Assembly (NCBI GenBank): GCA_038496445.1
Contig: JALMLS010000097.1
Location: forward strand, 124,001 to 188,000
DNA: 64,000 nt
From: Trichosphaerium sp. ATCC 40318
Lineage: Eukaryota > Protista > Tubulinea
Reading direction: 5' to 3'
The notes under the pieces were generated by a model. It was not told the DNA's origin. It ran no database searches and saw nothing but the letters and a program-made list of their open reading frames with translations. Numbering within the stretch: position 1 is the stretch's first letter; each line of letters opens with the position of its first letter. Shown here one piece after another: positions 12,211 to 25,800 of the stretch. The position numbers and the translations under genes are program-made.

Positions 12211-14553
12211 ATGGCCCACGTACGAAATAATAGACTTCCTTGTTGGGTTTTTCAAATTTCTCTGCATCATTTTAGTGCTTTGTCGCTCTCGCAGTGCTTC
12301 TGAGATATATGAAGGCAATTAGCCACATTCGCATGAATTTATGTTAAAACTACAAATTTCCGTCATGTTTACAGGCTGGTTTTGCAAATAGCGCCCAGTA
12401 AATACATTCTTACTTCTTCTGAACCAACGGCATCTTTTTAACCCTTTTACATTCGTACTGGTAACGGTTAGCTTACTATCGCATAGCGAGACGCTTCTTC
12501 AGCAGATTTCTTCATTCCGGAGACACCGCCGCCAAGCGACGAAGTACCTCCGCCTGAGCCCGAACTACCACCACCAGACACTGTAACAGCTTCAACACTC
12601 AGATCCAAAAGGACTGTAAGGCGCGAAAAATCAACGGGAGCAAAATCGCCACGCGTACCTCCTAGAGAAGAAGCGCCAGAACCGCCACCAGAGCCTGTTT
12701 GTACGTCAAGAATGTTTCAGTTTACCATACACGAAAAAGCGAAAATCTTTGTTTGACACCTTCCTTATAGTGCCCCCACCTGTGGTTGTAAAGGCAAAGT
12801 CACCTAGAAGGCATCAACGTGTTATGACATCTGTCGCTGCTAAAGTAAAGGTAATTGATCCTAATTTTGGCCAATTGTGTTTTTTTTTTTTGGTTCAATT
12901 GGCTTGTGTGCTTGATTACATTGCAACAAAAATTAATGTTGTCGTAGAAAGACGGTACTGTTGTTATTCCCCAAGATGATGGAGGGATGTTATCCGGGCG
13001 TATTCAGCAAGATGAAACCGTGTTGTTAGACAACGGCACAGTCTTAAAAACTGCACGTTCTATTCGACGTAGTCAGAGTGCCATGACATTGACTGTTCCG
13101 CCTTTGGATACTTCCAAGATAACTGATAAAAAAGCAAAGTCTGCTCGTGAGAGGAAGAAAACGCCTAGAGACAAGAAAACGCCTAGAGACAAGAAAAAGT
13201 CTCCTCGGGATAAAAAAAAGTCACAAAAGGGAAAGAAGGATAAATCGCCAAAAACCAAATCTCCAAGATTAAAGAGAGGTGAAAGTTTAATCACAGTACA
13301 TATTCCAGGATCCGTTAATAAGCCTGCGTTTAAACATGGTATACCGACATCCATATATTGGACTGACAGGACATTGTATCAAATAGTTGAAGGTACAACT
13401 CTCATTTTCTTTTTTGATTGTTTTGTTATTTTTTTTTTTTTTCATTTTGTTGACGTTTAATAGGTAATTCTGGTATTTGGTACGTGTTCACACAGACCAA
13501 ATTATGTGACAGACAGGTATGTACCCACGAAGTGGAAAAAAGGAATTAATTTGAAGAGATTATTAACAAGAGGGTGTGCTAGGCGTTTCTTGATTCCACA
13601 AAAGAAAAGGAAGACATTGTTCCGTACATTACAAATCTCGTGCGCAACGGATACCACATACAACAAGTGCGTCAAAACTCTAAACAAGTTGACAAGCCTC
13701 TAATGTTCATGTTCATAGATCTCTCGAATGAAGGGACGGTGGTTGATATTCGGTAATTTTGATAGTAGAAAGAGACAGCGACCAAAAAGGAATATTCATG
13801 TTACTACAGAGTTCCCTCATTCTGTTATGCATGATGCATGGTCAAAGAAAAATAGAGTAGTACATGTTAGTTGGTGTGACCCTTTGTGGTTCTTGATTAT
13901 CGAGGAAGACGGTTCTCCAAATGGCAAGCGAGGTAAGACTAATTGATCAATGTTCGAATAATTCTGTGGATAATAAATACAAAAAAAAAAGAACGGTGGT
14001 TTTTAATATTAATGCAATTGTGTTAGGTCAACAAGTTCTCACTAGTTTACAATCTCCAAAAGATGATATTAAACGTCTATGGGAAGCTGGTACATTAATA
14101 AATCCATTAGTTTTTATTAGAGGGAGCATTGATTAATTCTAATGGTTTTTTAAAAATAGGCAAGTATATAAAGCTCTTGACGTATGGAGGTAGCACACCT
14201 TTACAGTGGGTCTGTGTACCTGAAGCTATGCCTTCTAATAAGAAAATCGTACAGCAGTTTTCTTATGTGGGAGGATCTTTAGACAAGGTCATATCTAACG
14301 CCTACCTCAACGATAAAATGTACAAGTTTTTTGATAACTGTTTCTTTGTTTTTTTTTGTGACTAATCTCTTACGGTTTTTTTGATAGGTATGTTAAAAGT
14401 ATGCATTGGAGCTCATACGATAAAAAATGGGGTATTCTTTTTGAACGCATTTCGTACAACAATACAGCCCGTCGTAGACAGTGCTTTTCTATGTACAAGA
14501 ACTTTCCAGCAAAGGAGATTAGCCTTTTGGGTCATACTGTTGGCAAGACGTAG
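12211..14553 (+). CDS. Pro/Lys-rich protein with C-terminal DUF7477-like repeats
   Basis: PETPPPSDEVPPPEPELPPP; KKTPRD/KSPRD repeats; TEFPHSVMHDAWSKKNRVVHVSWCDPLWFLI, SPKDDIKRLWEAGKYIKLLTYG..QWVCV; stop 14551-14553; start uncertain. Confidence 0.6.
13155..13190 (+). repeat. Coding 18-bp tandem repeat (AAGAAAACGCCTAGAGAC x2) encoding KKTPRD
   Basis: Exact duplication, followed by a degenerate KKKSPRD. Confidence 0.85.
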
Positions 14554-15392
14554 GTTATCTAATAACGTACTCTTTGTAGCGTTTATGCTACACATTTTTC
14601 TAACATCCGCTTTTGCGGATGAACAAAGCACTTGAGGCAATATGCACTATTGTGCGGAACCTTTCCTGCTTTAACTTTTTGTAACAGTCAATATCTAATA
14701 TAACCACAATAAAAACCTTCGTCATTTGAACTACAGATTGTTTGTCGTAGAACAAAAGCATCCAAAATACAGAAGCTATCGTGTATTTTTGGAAAACAAC
14801 GATCACCACTTTTGAGGGGTGATAATGGCAGCGCACTGTTAAATAGTAGCGTTATTGGTTCTCTGTAATGCGAATTGGTGCTAAAACAGTTTAAAGGTAA
14901 AGTGGTTTGCTTCTCTTTTTTCTTGTTCTATTCTTGTTCTTTTGAATACCTTCTTGTAGCTATTAATACATTTACATCAATACCTCACGCGAAATAATAT
15001 AAAGGAAGGTGTAATCGTAAGTAAAGATAAAATCATCTTCGTTTAGTAAAAGTCGTACGTTTACACGAATTACAGCCTAAAAGGTTCTTATTGAATGTTT
15101 GGTGTTTTTTGAATAAATAAGGTGCTATTTTAAAAACGTTCATGAATAGTTACGGTAAATATTATGTTTCACGTGCCAACTACTGTTTACTCGAAAATGC
15201 GTTCTTTGCGCGCTCAGGCTAGTAGTTATAAGTGATCCCTTTCCTTATTTAAGAAAAAGAAATGAGGAGTAATCGATTACGATACCTGATTTCACATAAA
15301 ACTCAAACTTAAGTTGGTCGCTAAGTAGGTGTAAATACAATCATAAAACAACTCCTACAACCAATAGCAAACATCCTCTTCGACAAATAAAG

Positions 15393-15804
15393 ATGAACAC
15401 AACAATGTTATTTGTATTGGTCACTTTGGCGTTGATACCAATAGCCTTGACGATCCAATCTAAAGACACTGAAGAAATGCCAGATATGAATGAAAAGAGA
15501 GCAACTGAGGTATAATCCGTACTCCTCAAACAGTTACCTAAGGCTTCATTTAGCAAGGACCATTGCTCTGTGGTGAAACATGTGATGAAAATGGATGGTG
15601 TCCTCCTGGATGGAGAAGACGTGGTCGTGAAAAACGTGGTCAATGTACGTGAATAAAGGATTATTTGAATACTTGTGTTGTACTTACTTTTCGTTTTTGA
15701 TAGGTTCAACTGCATACTGCTACCCTGGATCTCCATTATGTTTCCGCATCAGAAGTGATAAATGGTGTTGCTGGAACGAAGCTGTTTGCGGTCAAACATG
15801 CTGA
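15393..15804 (+). CDS. Secreted cysteine-rich prepropeptide, copy 1 (3 exons)
   Basis: MNTTMLFVLVTLALIPIALT-IQSKDTEEMPDMNEKR-ATEQGPLLCGETCDENGWCPPGWRRRGREKRGQCSTAYCYPGSPLCFRIRSDKWCCWNEAVCGQTC; both introns GT-AG. Confidence 0.88.
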
Positions 15805-16554
15805 GATGACCGCTTGAAAGCGCAGTACTGGCTTCGCTCGCCTTGTGTAAATAAACAAAAAACTAAATTTGTTTAATAAACTTTATTCTGTATCTACGTA
15901 TTGTGCTGGGCATGGGCGTTTAACATTTATTTTTTTTGCCTGTTTGGGATCCTGAAATCATTCAGTATAGTAGTCGACCTTTTGATAGTACATGTCTACC
16001 AATAAAACCTTGAAAACTCAGTACATGGCTTTATCACACTTTCTTTTTACACTTCGGTAGATCCTATCTCCTTCACAAGCGAATAAAATAGGCTACTTCA
16101 AGCTTCTGCAATACATTAACACGACTGAGGCACGTAGTTTATCACATAAGATCACGGGCTAGCTTGCAAAAATGGTTCAAAAATTTATGCTCATTTCTTC
16201 ATCAATACCACTGGTTGAATGTTGCATTTCCTGACAATTGTAGAGGATCGTGCCTCTTTATTTAATCAGTACAATAATGCTTTTTACAGTAAACTGTTTC
16301 ATCAAGAAGCCACTCATCGTTTCATTGAATGAATGTTTAGGCTAACAAATACAGTGGCAAACAACGCATTTCCGGCAATGTTCTCTTATTTCGAGTGTTG
16401 TAGCATATTTTATGTCCAACATTTGTTTGCAGATTTTGAAAGAAAATTACCCGAAAAAATAGGTTTACCATAAATAAAGCCGTTTAAGTTCCGTCCTCAC
16501 AGAATCATAAACTCAAACCTACCTAACATAAACAACTCTCATTAAAATAATACA

Positions 16555-16965
16555 ATGAAAACAACTGTACTTTTCGCCTTTGTCCTCATGGCATTGACTG
16601 TTGCCTTGGCGGTCCAATCTAACGAGATCAGTGAAAGAGCCAAAAGAGCAACTGAGGTAAGTCAAAACTGCTGGGTTCATAGCCTTATCTAGATATAACT
16701 AACTATGTCATTTAGCAAGGACCATTGCTCTGTGGTGAAACGTGTGATGAAAATGGATGGTGTCCTCCTGGTTGGAGAAGACGTGGTCGTGAAAAACGTG
16801 GTCAATGTACGTGAATAAAGGATTATTTGAATACTTGTTTGTACTTACTTTTCGTTTTTGATAGGTTCAACTGCATACTGCTATCCTGGATCTCCATTAT
16901 GTTTCCGCATCAGAAGTAGTAAATGGTGTTGCTGGAACGAGGCTGTTTGTGGTCAAACATGCTGA
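16555..16965 (+). CDS. Secreted cysteine-rich prepropeptide, copy 2 (3 exons)
   Basis: MKTTVLFAFVLMALTVALA-VQSNEISERAKR-ATEQGPLLCGETC..IRSSKWCCWNEAVCGQTC; same exon structure as copy 1. Confidence 0.88.
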
Positions 16966-17150
16966 GATGATCGCTTAAAGACACTGTAATGACTTTGTTC
17001 ACATGAACAGACATAAATAAATACTACAGTAACTCCCATGTTCTAAAAATTACTCCGTGGTTTATTTCTACAAAAAATTAAAAGCTCTTCTGCTGTGGCT
17101 TAAGTTTCTAGAATTCGGTTTTTGCCTTGTAGACAGGATCTAGACTGTCC

Positions 17151-19599
17151 TCAAAGACTAGTTGATATTAAGAATTCAGTCATTAACGATTTGTGTAGCG
17201 GGGTACCTGGGTTGAATATGCGAATAGGATGTGCCTCTGTGTTGAATACATACTTGTCCAATGGAAGCACGTTTGGCGAAGTAAAAGTTAAATATAAGTA
17301 CCTTCAATCACGTTAGCCCAACAAAACAGAAGAAGATTCTCATAAAATTCCTATTATTATTAATACTTACTTTAGAGTTTCAGCTAAAAACCAAGATTGC
17401 TGTGAATCATCTGGTCTAGAATCCACATTGTATACGTCATAAACACCTACATAACCGTTTTCCTTTCTACAATAGTTCTCTATCCCTTCGAAAATCTCCC
17501 AAGCCCAATCTCTGTATTTTTGATCTTTTGTTATTCTGTACATTATGAAAATAGACTCAACAGTTTCAGGCCGAAGAATATATCGGCCATCAGCAGACCT
17601 TAGACAGACAGTAAGTTCATCATGTTAGATAGTGTGTTATAAGTTGTACTTAGTATTTCCTTGTGCGTCTACGAGAAAGCTATCTGGACCCAATTTTGTT
17701 CCTGTAACGTGGTATGACTTACGGCATAGTTCTGTAATACCTATTTTTTTGAAAAGGATGGTCAGCATAGGTCATGATTAAATGCTTTTGTAGTACCCTC
17801 TCCAATAGAAAACTGTATTTCTTGTTGTTCATCTGAAGCATACGGAGAACCCATTGCATACATCCCACCAGCAAAGCAAGACTACAATCACATAGATGGG
17901 TAAGGTTAAATCACTCTGAATGTATTGTTACCAAGTGCTCCATTCTGCCGTGTTTTGTTGTGCTGTATAGGTTTCCAGGTAATTTATTCAGTATTTGGGT
18001 TTGGAGACGCTCCGCAAACAGGAAGTACAAATCACCAAACAACTGAAATTTCTTTTCAGTAAGCAACCTGTTAAAACACAGTGATTAGAAACTCTTCGTT
18101 TTTAAAGTGGGTAAGGCTTACCAAACTTTGAGAAGGTATTCATAAAAGCTATCTACATAAACCTAAGCAATAAAGTCATCAACGTCATTAATGCATTGCC
18201 GTTAAACAAAGCAACCATTATGTACCTGAAGCACCTCCAAGAGAAACACCTGTGACAGAATAGTTAGTACCCAGAGATTTTCGATTATTTTTTGCTTATT
18301 GTACCTCCACTGAAGTACCCTGAGGACCCTATACTCAAAGGCATACCTCCACTCTTTGGAACATTTCGTTTGACATGCTTGATAACACCAAAGGCCTATT
18401 TAAACAGTATGTTTGTTAAACTAAATAGTCACAAAATTAAACTTAACCTCACCTTTTTTGCGTATATACTATCGCCAGTAATTTGTGCTACCAACAGTAT
18501 GTCAGTAAGTCAGTTCGATATCCATGGAACAAGACACTTATAATACGCACATAAATAAGCAAACTCGACTTGAAGCGTTCCAACCTCTGCGAGATTAGTG
18601 TTACCCCCACTTGCTTGTCCTCTAAAACAAAAGTGTTAAGTCAAATTGCAGTTTGCTCCAAAACAGGTATTTCAAAAAAAAGAACGCACGTGTTGAGATT
18701 CATATACTGGCGTGGTATACTGCTTCCGTCCGGAAACGCTTTGATTAAACGGTTACCAAGGTCAACAGCTCTTAAAACAACAATGAACAACACAGAAAAA
18801 AGCAAATCTTGTTTCGTTTACTTTGCCTTGAATATCTCGTCCCCTGTCATGTCATAGGCACTGAGTAAGCCTCCGAGGTGTCTTATAGTTGTTTCAAAAA
18901 CACTGACTTGTTGTGTCTACACAAAATATGTTGAGTTATCAACTGTCGCGTGGACGCTTACGCTAGTGTATTGGAGTTCAGTAGCAACCCATTCTCTCGC
19001 TCTTGTCAAATTTATTTAGCGAGTAATGTAGAAAAGTAGCACCGTACCGTTTGTATTGGTCGAACAAGCCTGCTATGAGCAAAGTGTCAAGTGAGTCAAC
19101 AATTGTAACCTTTTTTGGTTAATGACTAACTTTCAAATAGCTATTGACGTACTCCTATGCCACCATACGTGTTGGACGCCTAAATCCGCTAGTAAGAATA
19201 CAATTAACTTGAGAAAAACTACCTCCTTTGCAATGGGCCTTAATTCATCGCTTCCAAACGCTATACGCTCGTACGACTCGTATGCGTGCTTTATTGCCTA
19301 GTTTCAGGTGAGGTGTAGTAAATACGTTTGTAGTCACCTCTTTCACTTTTCTTCTACGTTCAATCGTTGTTTTAGACTCTTTGCTGTCATCTGAATACAC
19401 ATCTTGTGGTCGTGTAATTGGTACAGGAATAGTCGCTTGTTTTGGCTCTGTGACATCAACGCTTGCGCTTTTAGGCGGAAACAGTGTAAACGATAAAAAC
19501 AAAAGAGCAGCACATGCGATCACTACTTGCAATGAGCACGTGTGATTGTATACAAACGAACTAACCAGGGAGAAGCAATCTCTTTGTTTTAAAGTGCAT
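17151..19599 (-). CDS. MNS1: Class I alpha-1,2-mannosidase (GH47), type II membrane protein
   Basis: N-terminal TM; [80 protein letters not shown]. Confidence 0.93.
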
Positions 19600-19865
19600 C
19601 ACTCTTCTATGAATTCGTACCAGTTTTGACAAAAGTGGACAATTATTTACGAAGCTTATCCAGCTTATCAAAATTATTTTAGAACGATAGGTATTAGAAG
19701 CCTTATTGTAACATATAGTGATTGCTTTGATTTCACTCACGTGGTAACTCCAAGTGATGAGCGTTTTCATTTGAACACATTTTTTTTTATTGATTGCCAG
19801 TTTACATTCTTTAAAAAATCCTAATATTACATTATGGTATCCCATACTTGCGAACTGCATTGTAT

Positions 19866-22800
19866 TCAGTTACTGTTAGCAACTGATACATCTGATATTT
19901 GTACACGTGCAGTCGATACTTCCTCAGGACTATCATGTCGAAGCTTTCCAATAGGCACTGTAGGCAAATGTGTTTCGCCCATTAGCTGCCTATCAATTTC
20001 AGCTGCAGCACAACGTCCTTCGTTGATAGCCCAAACAACCAACGATTGTCCTCTTCGGCAATCACCAGCCGCAAAAACTGGAGCAAGTTCGTCATTGTCT
20101 ACAGTAAAGTATGTTAGCTATAGTAAATTCTACTTTGGTTGTGTCGTACCTTTCAATGATGTTGTGAATTTGCCATAGCGTGCTTTAAAATCGCCAGTTT
20201 TAGTACGTTCTATTGGGCTACCTGCACGCTCGAAGACGTCATCAGGCATATCAGGACCACTAAAACCAATGGCAATGATTACAATATCTGCAGTGTATGT
20301 CTTGCTCTTTGACTCGTCAATGGCGAGTCCATAACCGCCTGAAACATCAGACCATTTGTACCCAACAGTCTTAACGCCCTTAACATTGCCGTCTTCATCT
20401 AAAATCCAAGTAAGAAAAACCACAAAGAAGAAAGCAATAAGAAGCATACCAGCAACGAGTTCTACAGGCTTCGTGAAAAATAGCCGTGGGTCCTCATTCC
20501 ATTTAGCCATTGCTTCGCCATGTGCGTAATCTACCTTATACACACGTGGCCATTGTGGCCAAGGATTGCTATCATTTCGTCTGCAGAGAAATAAGTTGGG
20601 TGAAAGCGATGAAAGGTTATCGTACTGCTCTGGTGGTCTAGGAAGTACTTCAAACGATACTACGGACTTGCATCCATGTCTAATGGCTGTACCAATACAA
20701 TCAGCGGCAGTATCACCTCCACCAATGACGACAACACGCTTGCCCTTGGCAGAAATATAGTCGCCTTTAGGCAATCCATTGTCTAGTGCTTTGATTGTGC
20801 TGTTCAAGAACTCCATAGCGTTCAAAACACCCTTGGATTTTGTACCAGGTATATCAAGAGCGCGTGGCTTTGCAGCACCCACGGCTAGAAGTACAGAGTT
20901 GTGTTCTCGTCGCAATTGATCGAACGTGATATCCTTCCCAATCTAGAAGGAATGGATTAATATAAGTTTTCTCTTTATTTGGTGTACCTCCACGTTTGTA
21001 ACAAACTTGATACCGGATTGTTCCATTACCTTCCTTCGTCGTAACACGACAGATTTTTCGAGTTTCATGGATGGGATACCATACATTAGCAATCCACCAA
21101 CGCTATCATCTCGTTCATATACAGTAACCCAATGGCCGGCTTTGTTCAATTGATCAGCTGCTGCCAACCCCGCTGGACCGCTACCAACAATAGCAACGCG
21201 TTTACCGGTTCTAAATTTTGGATTATTGGGCTTAATCCATCTAAATCACGTGTTAGTTTACGGAGAACGAATAATAAAAACGGTTTTAGCGTACCCTTCC
21301 TTAAAAGCACGCTCAGATATTGAGTATTCCACGTTTTTGATAGTGACTGGTTCGTCTGTAACGCCAAGTACGCATGCACCTTCACAAGGAGCAGGACATA
21401 CACGACCAGTTATTTCTGGAAAATTATTGGTCTTGTCGAGTGAGAGGAAGGCTTCCTTCCACTGATCATGGTACACAAGATCGTTAAAATCAGGAATATT
21501 ATTGTGAATAGGACATCCAGCGTCTGATTGACAAAATGGTACACCACAGTCCATACACCTTGCAACTTGTCTCTTTTCTTCAGCACGTTTTTGTAGGGTG
21601 TATATCTCGTCCCAATCCTGTACACGATCAACTGGATCACGGTACGGAGCGTCCTTCCTTCTAAACATTTTGAAGCCTTCGACTTTGTCCAATCCCTATT
21701 TTCACTGTTTAGTTTTGTAGATATGTAATCACTATAACGTACGTGTGGTATGGCGTGTTGGAATTTATTCCACAAATCGTGTTGTTGTCTTGACTCTTGA
21801 TCCAATTTTCTCTTTTCAATCTCTTCAGCAGATAAGTTCGAGATGATTTTACCCAAGAATTCATCTTGTTGAAGCTGAAGTAATCCTTGTTTAGCACGAC
21901 GTTGTTGTACAACACGTCTATAATCATGTGGGTACACTTGAATGAATTCATGTTTATGTCTATCCCAGTCTTTTAAGATCTCCAGCGTTACAGTAGACCT
22001 ATAAAGTAAGTAAGCCATGTATGGCAACTCTGTTGCAAGTACATTGTGTATTTGGCATGCTTTATCAATAGAGATTTGACAAGTGTCTGTGATTCTTCCT
22101 CCATTGGGATTAAGTCAACCATGCCTTTGTTAACATTGTTTGTAAACGTGTTAGCGCTAGCACCTTACTCATAGTTAGTTTATGCTGATGGTAGCTTGTT
22201 AAAGCCTTTGTTCGTACCTGGTGCCCATACGTATGCAATGCCGCCAGACATGCCTGCTGCAAAGTTTCTACCAACTGCACCAAGGACCACAACCCTTCCG
22301 CCAGTCATATATTCGCATGCATGAGCGCCGACACCTTCAACTACGGCGTGTGCCCCAGAGTTCCTGACAGCGAAACGCTCAGCGACTTCTCCCCGAATGA
22401 AAAGCTCTCCAGCTGTAGCACCATACAGAACTGCATTTCCTGCTACAACGTTCGATTCTGTCTCCTGCAGATTTGTGTTTTGAGGAGCGACAACGATTCT
22501 GCCACCACAGAGACCTTTTCCAACGTAATCATTAGCATCACCGTTAAGCTGGATGGTAACACCCCTAACGTATAAAATATAAGCGAAAAAACCACGTGAA
22601 TGATTGTGTTAGAAGTACCTTGTCAAGAAAGCACCAATACTTTGACCAGCAGACCCAGTGAGCTCCAAGTGGATTGTATCATTAGGTAGTCCAGTGGACC
22701 CGTGTTTTTTAGTTATCTCATGCGAGAGTGTTGTTCCGATAGCACGATCTGTGTTACACACTCTGTATGCCCGAGTGATACGTGCAAGGTCATTTATTGC

Positions 22801-25800
22801 TTCTTTGCAGTCTTGAACCAACCGCGCGTTGAATGAGGTCTCAAGTTCAGAGTCTTGAGTTACTGTCTTTTTAACAGGTACATCAGGCCTAGCAGCGCTT
22901 GCGAACTTTAGAATAGGAGACAAGTCGACACCAAGCTCGTCCAGGTAGTCTTTTTTATGCACAACAAGCCTATCAGTTCTACCTATCATCTCATCAATCG
23001 ATCTAAATCCCAACTGTGCCTAAAATATGGTATTAGCAAAAAAACCTTCCAAAAAGAGTGCAGTGTACCATGTATTCACGAACTTCTTCCGCCAACATGA
23101 AGAAATAGTTAATGACGTGTTCTGGTTTACCCTTGAATTTAGCACGAAGGATAGGATCTTGTGTTGCTATACCAACAGGGCACGTATTCAAGTGACACTT
23201 TCGCATCATGATACAGCCAATAGTTATAAGTGGTATTGTACCGAATCCGTATTCTTCAGCACCTAGTAATGTAGCGAGAACGACATCACGACCGGTTTTG
23301 AGACCACCATCTGTCTGTATCCTTACTCTTCCTCTCAATCCATTCAAAATAAGTGTTTGATGTGTTTCTGCAAGACCAAGTTCCCATGGGCATCCAGCGT
23401 GTTTGATACTCGTCCATCTTGCTGCACCAGTACCGCCTTCGTGTCCAGATATTGTGATATGGTCTGCTTTTGCTTTAGCTACACCTGAAGCAATAACCTA
23501 CAAAAGCAATTATTTCAACTACTAGGCAGGAGTAATCGATGGCATGGACGTACACCGACTCCAACTTCTGATACTAGTTTAACTGATATTTCAGCGGAAG
23601 GATTAGCACTTTTGAGGTCGTAAATAAGCTGTGCCAAATCTACAAAAAAGGTGAGTAACAAATAAAAACTAAATTCACGATTTCATCACCTTCAATCGAG
23701 TATATGTCGTGGTGAGGAGGTGGTGATATCAGACCAACACCAGGCGTAGAGTGTCTGGTTTCTGCGATTTGCTGTGTTACTTTATGACCTGGCAATTCAC
23801 CGCCTTCTCCAGGTTTTGCGCCTTGTGCCATTTTGATTTGGATTTGATCAGCATGTGTCAGGTATGTGATTGTTACACCAAATCGTCCAGATGCCACTTG
23901 TTTTATAGCTGAGCGCGCAGATTCCTCCCCTTCAGACAGTAGGCGCTGCTCATGCTCACCTCCTTCACCTAAGCGCAAAATTGTGAGGTAAACTGAATAA
24001 TGAAAAACTGTCTATCGTACCAGTGTTTGATCTGGATCCTATGGTGTTCATTGCCTTTGCCAGTGTTTGATGTGATTCACTAGATATGGATCCATAGCTC
24101 ATGGCACCAGTATTAAAACGCTTTACTATGCTAGCAGCATCTTCCACTTCGTCAAGAGGGATTGGGTTTTCAGCTGGCAGTAAATTAATAGTGGTATAAA
24201 ACAACTATTTATGGTACCATCTTTGAAATCGAGCCATCCTCGCAGATTGACTTTTTCGCTCATCTTGTCCACTCTATCTGTGAACTCTCTGAATTGTTTC
24301 TTTGAGTTCAGTTCCACAGCTTGCTGCAATTTCGAAATGGCAGCAGGCTCATGGGAATGGCTAACAACAACTTAGTTACAATTTAAACAAGCTACAACGT
24401 ACATTGCTCCATCTGCTCTCCAGTGAAGACTTCCTTTGTTCTTTAGTACGCTTTCCTTCTTCAAAAATGCTTGTGTATGGATAGTATTGTAGTTCTTTAA
24501 GATCTTGGCGAAAGAAAATCCTTGTATGCGTGATGGAGTGCTGTCAAAGCATCTGCTCACTACTTCTTCTCCTAGCCCCAAAATCTCAAAAATCTGAGCG
24601 CCCTTGTAACTGTGCAATGTCGAGATGCCCATTTTTGACATCACTTTCAGAATACCCTTGTTTACTGACTTGATGTAGTTGGCTACGAGTGTATCGTGTT
24701 GGTCCTACGCCCCTGTTAGAGAAATGTATTCGAAGGATCGGAATGGTACCTTTTGTCCAAATGTCTTGACAAGTTCGAGGGCAAGGTACGGATATACGAC
24801 GTCAGCGCCATATCCTACCAAGCAACAAAAGTGGTGAACTTCTCTTGCTTCTCCAGTATCTACGATTAAACCGACTTTGTTTCTCTTGTTAACATTCACA
24901 AGGTGAAGATGTACAGCGCCAGTAACAATAAGCGCTGATACAGCCATGCGCTCCTCACTAACATTTTTATCACTCAGAGAAACAAATTGTGCTCCATTGT
25001 CTACAGCATCTTCTACTTTCTTGCATATCCTGTCCAAAATCTCGGGCAAGTTTTTGTTTTCCCTTACTTTGTAAGTGCAATCTATGACCTCCGTATTCCA
25101 CCCGACTTGGGTCCTAACACGAACAATCAACCCACGCGCGTGAGATAGAATGAGGTAGCGTACTTCAAATATGAGTCAAATGATGCTCTTTGGGCATCGT
25201 TCAGCACTGGAGATTTTGCGTATAATCGTCTTGCTGCTTCTGGTCCAGGCTTTAACATGTTTGCTTCTGGTCCAATGTAGCACTCCAGACTCATTACGAT
25301 ATTTTCCCTAAGCGGACATTAGTCTTTAGTTGTTTTCCACAAGTTGGCGAAATGTACCTGATTGGATCTATTGGTGGATTCGTGACTTGAGCAAACAGTT
25401 GTTTGAAGAAGTCGTAGCTAAGACGTGGTTGATGACTAAGGAAAGCCAGAGATTCATCATTCCCCATGCTTCCAAGAGGCTCTTCAGCACTGCTTGACAT
25501 AGCTGTAAGTGTTGATACATCCTCAGCCGCATAAGAAAAAGCGTGAAGACTAAGGTGGTTAGTATGTCATAAAAGCAAATTATGGTAACGAACCGCTTGT
25601 CTGCGTGTGCATCTTTTATTGGATCTACCCTTACTAAGGAAGGATCACCAGGATGTTCGTTTAAGATAACTCTATTTTCTTTCAACCATTTGCCATAAGG
25701 GTGCTTGGACGTGATTGCCTCTTTTGCTTCTACATCATCAACAACACGTTGTTCCTCAAAATCTATCAAGAAAATCTTTCCAGGTTCCAAACGCCTTTTA

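Noticed and set aside
15940-16500. Spacer between the peptide genes as a hidden gene
   Set aside because: The frame I read has multiple stops, the ORF track lists nothing here, and no motif is recognisable
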